Shown here: one piece after another, positions 53,967 to 64,000 of the stretch
Layout: every line of letters starts with the position of its first letter
How positions within the stretch are numbered: the stretch's first letter is position 1
Assembly (NCBI GenBank): GCA_001949185.1
Contig: BDGG01000003.1
Location: 4,250,174-4,314,173, forward strand
DNA from: Ramazzottius varieornatus
Lineage: Eukaryota; Animalia; Tardigrada
Length of the DNA: 64,000 nucleotides
Direction of reading: 5' to 3'
Made by a program: the position numbers and the translations under genes
The notes under the pieces: generated by a model
The model's database searches: none
The model's input: the letters and a program-made list of their open reading frames with translations, nothing else
Told to the model about the DNA's origin: nothing

Positions 53967-54074
53967 ACTCTACAATAATCTTTTTGAACAGTATTATGGT
54001 TATAAGTTCTCTGGTGTTGTACCTCGGTGACAAAGACAAGTAAGCTTTCCAACCCATTCCAAAAAATATAATAA

Positions 54075-55612
54075 TTATTGATCTTCGTCGAGTGACGGAC
54101 GACTGGTGTTTCGATCGTTGACAGGTGCGTTAGATATGTCGACAGGTGGTTTTCCAACGTAAGCAGTAAACCAAGGGTCTTGTTTTAATTCAACATAGGG
54201 CGCTCTCTTGGCTACGATTGGATTAAGCATCTTTCTTACTAAGTTCTTCGATTCTTTCGACAGGGGAGGTTTCTCCGGAAAGTTCACTGGCTTCGTAACC
54301 TGCCGCAGTAGCTTCTTGTGGTTCTGATCGTCGAAAGGTAACCTACCTAGACGAACCAACGTCGTAACACGGAATACTGTTGAGAGCTTGCCGAACACAC
54401 TCTACAAGCTCTTACTACAAGTGGCGCACTCTTCCAGCCAATAACACTGGAAGCGTGCGCCATCCGTAAAAGCGATCTTGTCCAGCTCGTTCGGCTACAT
54501 TCCAGATAGTTTCGTCATACAAAATGTACCTGTTATCATGGTGAAGAAAATAACACCAAGGGACCATAGATCTGAAAAGATAAATCTAGATAATTAACGA
54601 AGTTGGAGGTTTGAAAGAGTTCTCACCTGACAGATGAGGATGATAAGGAGAACCACGAAGCACTTCCGGTGCGGCATAAGCATAGGACCCACAATATGTT
54701 CTACTGAAGTCCTTCTCCTCTGTTTTCTTATCGAACAGTCTCGCGAACCCGAAGTCACTGATCCTGACATTACAATTGCAGTCCAGCAGGACGTTTTCAC
54801 ATTTGAGGTCCCGATGAGCAACACCAGCTGCGTGTATATACTGAAGACCAAGGACCAATTGCGTGAACCAAGGTCCCGCTTGTTTTTCTTGCAGGAACTT
54901 GACTTTCTTGATGGCGTCCAGCAGTTCTCCTTTCGCTGCCAGATCAAAGATCATATAAACGCGATTCGTAGTCTGAACCGAGGTATGGAACTTGATCACG
55001 TAAGGATGGTTGAGACGACGCAGAATATCGGTCTCTCGCGGGAGGAACTTCGCCACGTATTCGGGCTTAGCTTTCCGAAGGGTGATGATCTTGACGGCCA
55101 CGTCCTTCTTCAGTTCGTTGGAATAGGCGCGCTTGACCTTACCATAAGAGCCCATGCCTATCGTTTCCTGCATCACGAAACCGAATGCTACAAAGTTTAT
55201 CACTCTGTACCCACCTGGAATGGCTACGCTAGCGCGCTTTCTTCAGGTGTAGGTTCAATTTACCATCAAGCATTTTGGCTCGCTCCCTTTCGTCATCCCT
55301 TTGGTCACGCTGCTCCTCGCTCTGTCCCTCCTTCTGTGGGTCCTGATCGCACTCCGATGTCGTAGGAGCTATGTCCGCTAGGACCGATGGTTCGGGCGTC
55401 GGTGGGATCACTTGGTCAGGAGGTTGTTCTGTTACAACTACTTCCGGGATAACGGATAGAGGGTGTTCGGTCTGAGCTTCCGGCGGCTTGCCAGAAGCTG
55501 CCGATCGTCGGGTGGCCGCGACAGATCGTCGGGTGGTTTCTGGGCTGTCCAGTACGGTTGGCTCCATCTCACGAGCACTTGGTCGTGCTAGAGCATTCAC
55601 GGAGTCTTCCAT
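54075..55612 (-). CDS. TSSK: Testis-specific serine/threonine kinase (TSSK4-like) with low-complexity N-terminal extension
   Basis: IGMGSYGKVK, VAVKII, KFLPRETDIL, HRDLKCENVLL, DFGFAR, TYCGSYAYAAPEVL, GRLPFDDQNHKKLLRQV; exons ~55264-55612, 54628-55214, 54530-54571, 54075-54346. Confidence 0.92.
54382..54496. repeat. palindrome family (TSSK intron)
   Basis: CAAGTGGCGCAC-TCTTCCAGCCAATAACACTGGAAGC-GTGCGCCA. Confidence 0.9.
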
Positions 55613-55960
55613 TTTTCAAATAATAATAATTATGATAAACAGTGAGCTAGACCGATCTTTTCCGATTTCTGTGCTCTGTACTCTTTGACAGAGCTGAATT
55701 CAAAAACAAGTTTGTTTAGCGGTGTATATTCAGTCTTCTCGTATTTTTTACTGATTCTGTTACCTAGGTTTTCTGGACAGGCTGTGCCTTGCGAGTTAGA
55801 TTGAGCGTTGATTTGCCAACTGTGGACAGTTTACAACGGTTATTTGCAAGAATTCAAGCTGTGGAAAGCACAACAAAAGGACGGCAAGCTTATACGAAGA
55901 AATTATCAATAGAAGACGATATAGAGAGAAAGGAGTCGTAATCCAGAGTAGCCAACAAAC

Positions 55961-58900
55961 TTAACTTCGCAGAGCCGAGTTTTGAAAATCGTAACTTTTG
56001 TACATATTCAGAAAGGCCGACTCGATTTGCGGGTCACCAGACTTCCGGAAAAAGAAGTCTTGAATGTTCCGGCTGGACAGGTGGTTGAGTTCGGGAACCA
56101 TCAAGAGAATTTTGCCGAATCGATGAGGCTGGGACGGTGTGTTTGCCTGGATGTACTTGCTCAGCCCGGTCTGTGCTTGCTCCTGAAGCTGCGAGACGAT
56201 CCGCGCTTCCGTAAGAGCGAGTCCCGCCGAGTTTTCTCCAGATGGCGCTATGAAAGTTTTCATTGTTATTCAGGGCAGAAAAAGTACAGCGATAATCAAG
56301 GCCTATGGTTTCGGTGATTTTTTTACCTTTAAACAGTAGAATCATTTTCAAGAAGGTAATCTCATGGATGTCGAGTTGCAAGTGTCGGAACTTGGTGATC
56401 AGGTCTTGAAAAAGATGGACGTCGTCTAGTAGCTGTTTTGACTCATCTGTCGAGGCTTTCGTATCAGACAATCCCGTCCGGAAGTCTATGTCACCTCTCT
56501 TCTGCATATCTAATAGAAGAGACGACTCATCAGCCATAATCTTCATTAGATCCAGCAGATCGCTCTAACACAGCATGAATTAAAGATATAATATATTGGA
56601 CGTACGAACAGTTGCCATCAGACTGAAGATGTCGTTCGGCGTGTAGTAATGCATCGCCGAGAGCAGGAAAATCTCCCTCCAGCTCTTTTCAAAGAGAGTC
56701 ATCTGTAAGATAAAACCATATTGCAGCAGACAGCAACGAAAAGGCAGACTACGAAAGAAGGCATCGAGTTTGGAATCAATCGTGGGAAGTCATTTTGGAC
56801 GCAGCGTCATTGTTAATCTTGCCCTTTTTCTACGGAAACGCCTGTCAAGTTGGTGCCTAGCACGGCCTTGAAAGATCTTACGGTATTTCGTAGAAAAAGG
56901 ACGGCTGGCTGCCGTTTCTGAATACCTCACCTGGTCTTCGCTGGGCAAAGAATTGAAAGGTGCGAGGCTTTTCATCCATTGCTGGTTCGCGAAGACCAAA
57001 TAACTCGCGCTTTCCTTCATGTTCTCCGAATTGGCCACCATGGATGGGTTCATCATGCTGAACGGGCTCTTGGCCATGGGCTGGAACATCGCCAGGCTCT
57101 GAGATCGACACATGGGTGAGGCAAAGGGAAAGCCGAAGGACATGGCAAGTGATCGCATGGCCAACGCGTTGACACTGGAGTTGAAAACGTTGCTAACGGA
57201 GGCCATACTAGACGCCATGGGAGAGACCGGGAAGGGCGTTGGCAGCGTGGGAAGCGAGGAAGCTAAGGGCGGCATACACGAACGTGAGCCATGCAAATCC
57301 ATGCTACTGGAATCGGCCGTGTACAGGTTGGCCATTTGACGACGGATTGTCGAATGGCGAGGACCTCGCTCGTGTTGTACAGCTGAAACAGATCGGTTGA
57401 ATCAAACTAACAATATTTCAGGAATTTGTCACAACAAAAATATTCGAGACAGAAGAGCTCACAAACAAGCTCCGCCTGGTCATTGGCCGAGGTGGCGCAC
57501 GCTTCCAGCCGATAACACCGTAAAGGTGCGCCACTTGGATGAGCAATCTTGTCGAGTTTTCCCGAGTGGCGCACGGTGACAGTGCGATTAACTGAAAGAG
57601 TGCGCTACTTACCAAAAACCGGTCTGATTGAGTTTATTTACCGGTGTCCCACTTCTGTTTAACTATGACATCCGATAATGTAACGACAAGGAAAATAAAG
57701 AATTTTTTCGGTTGACTGTTGCTTACCATCTTTGTTCATTCCGGCTTCGGCGCAGCGTTTCAGCCGACACGCCCTGCATTGATTGCGATGAGCTTTGTCC
57801 ACCGGGCATTTCCCCTGGACTCTGGCTTTGCACAGGTACTGACGACTCCGCCGGATGGAGCGTTTGAAAAAACCGGCACATCTGTTGAAGAGGAAAGCAA
57901 ATTGAATTACATGACGTCAAAAACACTTGACAGGTACGGGATGAATACTGCTTATTCGGGTTAGGTAGTCGAAAAAATGTCAATAAGTTACTATAAATGC
58001 ATTTCACATTGACCAGGTGGTCAGGTATTGATATACCGTCCTATGGAAGCAATCTGTTGTTTTATTTGTCTCATTGTGCAAATTTACTCAGTCCTTCCGT
58101 TTAACAAGCCATATTGTTTAGAGGACAAAACTGTAACAAGTTTACACGGTGACACTACTGGTGGAAAAGAGACGTTGATTAAAAACGTTACATGGTACTG
58201 TCTATGAAAAGGCTACGAGTTTGCTTTGTTGTCGGACATAACAAACGTCACCTCGCGTTCGAGTCTAATTTTAAAAAGGGTCCCTCTCACAGAGTGTTGC
58301 TTTTGTGACGGGACTTGACCGAGCCAGCAGCCACGTCACTGATCTCGCGCTGATCCAAAGAGTCGTTTTACCTTCTGTCACCTTCCACACAATATGTGCG
58401 ACCACCGTACACAGCTTTCCCAATCGAGTTACCTCCAAAGGTCATCATAATTAGCCACCATTGTGACGACTTGCCCAAGTGACAAATGGTAAATACCGCT
58501 CGTACAAAAGAAACGAACGTCTCACTGGGCCAAACACGTCTCATTAGCTAACTTAATTATCTCGTACTTCGCTCCTCCACACGACAATAGTCATCGTTAC
58601 TTTGAGTTCATCGAGAGTCCTAACTCAAAAAGTCAGGTAAGGGATTTGGGACGGCGACAAACGAACTGAACACGATCGTTCGCTCAAGCGGCGCACTTTT
58701 CGATTGTTGCTGGCGGAAGGTGTGCGCCACTTAGGAAAACGAGATTCGTCATGATCGTTTTCCAGAGGCGCATGCAATCAGCCAGTCGCACGGGTACCGT
58801 GCGCCACTTGTGCAAGTCACTTGCCGACGTCCCATTTCTTGTACATTGGATTCTGGAACGGGCTTTGCCCCTTTTTCGACGACATCTGTGCTTTCAGTTC

Positions 58901-60543
58901 GCCTACACATCCCCCTCAATTAAGCCGAAAGCATTTGCTGCTCCTACCTCAAAAGAATTAAGTAATGCTTGAAGAACAATGGCTTTTGATTGCCTTTATT
59001 GTCAACTAATAACCATGATAATGTCCCTGTATGTATCTGTTCATCTTTGATGTACTGAAACATACATGAATTGCGGTTCAATGCGAAACCGTGGTCAAAA
59101 GCCAGGCTTGTGACTTGATGACCTTTTCATGATCTCTCGAATGGGCGGACAAAGTTTGGATACTCTTTAGGCTTTAGCCACGTTAGTTCTTCGGGACTGA
59201 CTTGTCGACGCCATCCGAAGAGCCAAGAAGTTGTTCGAGTGCAGCTTTGGCTGCGAACAGCGAATAGTTGACTCGTGTTGACTTGTCAAGAGATTTCCGG
59301 AGGCCAAAGAGGTTTTCAGGTCTCTTTCCTTTGAATTGCGAGAACCGGTTGGCTTTGACAGAAAATCACGTTATTGAGCATGGCTTTGCTGCTGACAGCT
59401 GAGAAAAGAACATGCGAACAAAGCCAATGGCGGACAGATAAACGGAATAAAAAGATTACATTGCTTGTTCGGGCCTTGAACGTCAACTTCCTCTCCCTGT
59501 TATGTCAGATAACAATTTCTCCGTATCACTTTAACTTAACACTTTTCCTACTGGATAGAGACGACATGGTCCTTCAAATAGAAACCGAGGTACCTTCTAA
59601 TGACGACATACGAAGAAGTACCATGGGTTCTATTTGGAGGTGCTAAACCAAGTCACGATGGGAAAGAAAAGTGGACACTTGGGTCGTCGACGAAGCTGAC
59701 AATGCTTTGTCCTTGAAGTTGATACGTCGAGACTTTTTTACCGGTTCGTTTGTTATTTCGCCAAGTTACCAAAAACCTCCCTGCATGCCTAAACAATCAA
59801 GAGGGACCTTGATCTACAAAAAGTGCCGTGCTTTCTTAACTTGCCTCAATGCTTTGCTTGCTTTCAAAGTCGTCTCTAACCGAACTAGTTAGCTCCTGGT
59901 TATTCTTGACTTGTTATTCGTCACTATCCAACAACAACATCAAGACGACCTTGCTGAATCGTGAGAAATAACTTCTGCGAATCCCCCTGTCGCTGCGAGC
60001 CGAAACCACGTTTTGTCTGACGGCTTCGATGTCTTTCTGACGGTTTGACAACATACGTCGGCAAATCATCAGATATTTTGACATCTCGACAATTTCAAAA
60101 AATTCCCGATTGCTTTCTGTCCGTTCTCATTATTCTTCATTCATATAGTTCTCATTTTCAGTTCCGCTGTTTCAATCGAGACCTAGGCGAATAAACTCGA
60201 AAAGAACGTTCTTCCAATTGGCGCACGTTCTTAGCCACTAACAGCAAGAACGTGCGCCACTTGGAAAAACAGTCGAACTGGACAAGATCGGTCTTCCAAG
60301 TGGCGCACGCGTCGACCAGTAAGACTGAAAAAGTACGCCACTTAGGACAACAGTCTCGTCAGGTTCGTTTGCCGATCTCCCAAATGTTTTTGAGTATTTC
60401 CTTTTTCGGTGTGTCAGACTAAGTATATTCTTTTCTTGTTTTACCCCAGAATGGTTCTTACCCGTCACATGCGTAGATGCCGTAGTGTTTGCCGGACGAG
60501 TGATCGGAGCAGACTTTGCAGGGAATGTCAAAGAGAATTCGAC
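55961..60543 (-). CDS. NR2E1: Nuclear receptor tailless/TLX; first coding exon unresolved (candidate 63148-63223)
   Basis: Exon 60462-60543 [27 protein letters not shown]; exon 57727-57881 [18 protein letters not shown]...[19 protein letters not shown]; [16 protein letters not shown]; ligand-binding domain ...[12 protein letters not shown]...FFRK...MYKS. Confidence 0.93.
57454..57651. repeat. palindrome family, dimer (TLX intron)
   Basis: GGTGGCGCAC-N25-GTGCGCCACTTGG plus GAGTGGCGCAC..GTGCGCTACTT. Confidence 0.9.
58644..58836. repeat. palindrome family, dimer (TLX intron)
   Basis: TGGGACGGCGACAA..two cores..TTGCCGACGTCCCA. Confidence 0.88.
60179..60385. repeat. palindrome family, dimer (TLX intron)
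   Basis: Two cores, junction GGAAAAACAGTCGAACTGGACAAGATCG. Confidence 0.9.
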
Positions 60544-61294
60544 CTGCAAAAATGAAGAACAATACGCGGACATTGAGCTGTAACATGCATCAGTTGACAA
60601 TTACGGACAATACAATCTTGTTCGCTGTGTGGAAAACGGCAGGCCGGTATTCAAAGACATGTCAAGAGGGCCCTTTCGTTAAGTCCGCAGGTGGCCACGG
60701 CTAATCCTTCCCTACCACAACACAAAAGCTCGCACAAGCACGGACCATGGGCCCATCTGTGAAACTTGCATTCAATCATCTTGCCTCCATTTGCTCAAAC
60801 AGGGCATTCTAAAGGTCACTTTGCTCTATAGTCCGAACCCTATTTGACTTGCAAGAAGGCAGAAAGCCAGCCTTCTCCGGGTGTTTAGATATGCCCAAAG
60901 ATGTATTCCCATTGTTGGTCTTCCGTTTACAGAACGGGCTTCTCTTCTGTTGCACGGAGTGCGAGCAAGGCATTTTTCTAAGTTGGTCAGTTGGATTGGA
61001 TGCTCTAATCCGACAATTGTACCCTTTTGCTCGTATCATTGAGGATTACGGCGATACAATGCGGAAGTTACATTCTTGCTTGCAAATAAAGGAAATTCGA
61101 GGAAGGGAAGTGGACCACCCAACAGCCCATATGACACCTCCGCAATTTGGCTAATTAATTTGCCCTTAATTGCAAGCGTCTTAATTGGTTTCGGGTGCTC
61201 CATCGAAGTGAGGTATAATTAACCAATCACATAAAAATCTGTCACTTGCCGAACTCAAAAAAAACTCCTGCAGGGTAACGTTCCAAATTCGACT

Positions 61295-61380
61295 GCTCGA
61301 TCAGATCGTTTTCCCGAGTGGTGCAAGTTCTCACTTATGTTGGCTGGACGCGCAAACCACTCGGAAAAGACATTCTGTTC
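61295..61380. repeat. palindrome family with two compensatory pairs
   Basis: CCGAGTGGT..ACCACTCGG. Confidence 0.8.
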
Positions 61381-62764
61381 CGCTTCTCGCGTTTCTTTCT
61401 TTCAAAGTATTCAGTACTGAACATATAAAACATTTTGGATACTACAGCGCAGTTCACCAAATTGTCATGTTAATATTTAATACAAATTAAAGGCCTCACT
61501 ATCAGAGCTGAACCAGGGAACTGAAAAGCGGACGGTCCTCACCCGGAAGAAACATCAGCGCTCAGACTTGACCAGGTCCTCGGAACAATACGGGTTAATC
61601 CTGTCAACTTGACACTCTCCACTGTTTTTAGACTAACAGCTGAATCACAAAAATTAACTGCGGTACCTTACTTTAAGAAATTTTAGTATATTGGTTCTTG
61701 ACAAGGTCTTTGAATAACGGCTGTCAAATCACACTCAGCAAGTCATTAAGTTACGTCTCACAAACTGCTGGAATTTGACTTGGAGTTGAAAATTAGCTCT
61801 GCTTACCAGTCGACGACGACGAGGTGTGATCCTTCCCGCTGGTGGACATGTTTGGTTTTCCGCGGTTGCTCTTCGGTATTGCGCAGTCTTTTAACCGTCT
61901 CTAATCCGGATCAACAGTTGGACGTCTCGCGGCGAGGTTTAGGCGACCTCGGCACTCGGCAAGACATGCTGTATTGCAATGGACTAACCGACTTTCTGTG
62001 CTAAGCCGAAAACGAGTCTTATAAAAAAAAGAGTTCCTCTGCAACTGACAGGAAGGCAAGTCAGTAAGGTGCTAAAGCTACTGTTTGCCACCGAGGGATA
62101 CCTAGACAAGTCTCCTAATGATGGCTAATAAAAATGATTGATCTGCTGTTGGGGTCGACTAGTAGGTAAATTGTGTGGGCGGAGTGTCCGCGACAATGTC
62201 GGACACTGTCATTCGTTGATACTGACTGCGCTTTTCGGACAAGAGCTCGTCGTCGCGCATTGCTGTACTTGCTTCCATCACGACTGACAGCAATCATTGC
62301 CTTTTACAAAAGAGCCAATAAACAGTTACGATGGTGCAAGGCTGGTACCTGAGTCTCCTTCAGGCTGATTGTTCGAAGATCAAACGGTATTACGCAGCGA
62401 TATTCTTCAAGTTTGGTACCTGATAGAGTTCATCGCAAAGTCCATTGCGTGAGTTGATCACAAGTGGCAGTTCCGTGTGCTTGAATCTCCAAGAACTTGG
62501 CGAACTCGTCTCAAGTCTTTAGGCACGGTCACCGGGTACCACACTGTGACTTCTGCAAAATAAGGCTCTCGGTAAGTCATCTCGGCGAGCTCGTATTAGA
62601 CATCTGCGCGCACAACCGTCCACTTCCCTTCACCACATCCGCAGCATGAGGACTTCGAGAAATTTGGTCGCAAGACGGACGTTGCGTATCCTGCAAAAAA
62701 CGAATCTCTGTCGAGCTCGGAGAAGCAGCTGAGAGTAACAACAGACAGCATCAGAGCTAGGTTA

Positions 62765-62843
62765 AAACTCGACAAGTGGCGCACGCTTCCAGCCAACAAG
62801 ACCACAAACGTGCGCTACCTGGGAAAAGGATCCTGCCGAGCTT
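62765..62843. repeat. palindrome family
   Basis: CAAGTGGCGCAC-N25-GTGCGCTAC. Confidence 0.88.
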
Positions 62844-64000
62844 CAATATGTATTCGGCGATATGTTGCTTTGTCTTAACTTCTAATTGCTGGAGTTGGGA
62901 TATTTATCTGATGCTACTGAATACCGTAGCTTTCTCATTTTCGGGTTCCTGGTCGAGTGAAGGAAGGAAGAAATTTTTGATACTCATTCAGGCACAGGAA
63001 TTTATGCTGGCGCAAGTATCAGTGCAGTGTACCTGCTTTGACGACCCTTGTGGTTCAGGTACTGTCGGCACAATCTGCACCGATCGTGACAGCTTAGTTG
63101 AATAGCTCCTTGAGTCGGATATCAAGAAGTATTTCTATTCGGTTTACCTGGTACAAGATGGTAGCTTTCTTGTGCCCTCGCTGTGAGCAATTTTCTGTTA
63201 GGAATTTGCTTGGGAAGCTTCATTGTGATTGGGCTATTGTTGGGTGAATAGCTTGTGGTGAAGAGACTCTTGACAATCCCCGTGTAGCTAGTACGGCCCA
63301 AGTCATTATTAATCTAAGCACGGGCTGTACCGTTGTACAGGAAAGGTATTGACTCGTCTTGGACAATGGCCATCATGTTTGATCTCAGGTGGAGCAATTC
63401 GCCTGCCTGCCTTTCTTACCCTGACATCGCCTTGATGATGTCGCGCTCTGCCAAAGTCACGCAGCTTGTCAAAAGGTACATTGCTTATTAATCAAGAAAT
63501 AAAGCTGGCAGATCGCTGTGACAGAACATATCTCTATCTGTGACACTGCTGGTGGAAAGAGGCAAGTTAATCCCAACACAGAAGAGATTAGCGCCCCTTT
63601 TCAACCCATGCTTGCATTGATCACCTGGGGCGGATACCTTACACATTCTTAACAAACTTTCCCCTCATACTTATGCGCTCTCCACATCGGTTATTGATAG
63701 AGCAACGGGAATTGCCGAATTCTCATCCAGAAACCACCGTTTCCTCTCCCTTCGGACTTCCCAAATCCCAGTAAGCTGGGAAAACAAACGACATGCTGCT
63801 CAACAACTTGCTGGTAGTTTCACAGCATGAAATTTCCTCAAGAGGCACCAAAAGTACCTTACGGATGCTCGTCCGGCCCGTTTTCGTCATGAAAACCGAA
63901 TACAAAGAGCATCCTGTTTTGCCAGATCCGAACTGAATGGTATTATTGCGTATGTCTGATCCTTGCCCGCTTCTCTTCCGCACAGATCTTCATAAGCTCA

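Noticed and set aside
63148-63223. MKLPKQIPNRKLLTARAQESYHLVP-G|gtaaac as first TLX exon
   Set aside because: Phase-compatible but lacks homology support, so it is left out of the CDS coordinates.

Overview
Compact, intron-rich invertebrate animal DNA (~45% GC, many 45-120 nt introns). The gene content suggests a protostome, but I cannot identify the taxon from sequence alone. Genes in order: 5' part of HUWE1 (minus; runs off the left edge; hosts two SNORA8-type H/ACA snoRNAs and a third candidate), a SMIM4/UQCC5 + BRAWNIN/UQCC6 microprotein pair (plus, probably bicistronic; BRAWNIN is missed by the ORF track), a Tc1/mariner-type MITE, tRNA-Ile(AAT), ICA1/ICA69 with ELOF1 nested antisense in an intron, a large orphan coiled-coil gene, a 4-TM protein, an N-terminally shortened Dscam (signal peptide spliced directly to a Cys-less Ig6), CHMP1, a decayed LRR gene, an LRR protein apparently fused to a Ly6/three-finger domain, a papain/C39-like uncharacterised protein, a TSSK kinase and tailless/TLX. 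The dominant unexplained structure is a palindromic element, CAAGTGGCGCAC-N25-GTGCGCCACTTG inside ~125-135 bp inverted arms. I count ~40 loci (~49 cores) by eye. It sits in nearly every 150-400 nt intron, keeps an almost invariant 25-nt spacer despite heavy sequence divergence, and shows compensatory stem changes, subfamilies and dimers. Gene models were assembled by eye from splice signals, phase and recalled homology; repeat boundaries are approximate (about +/-10 nt).
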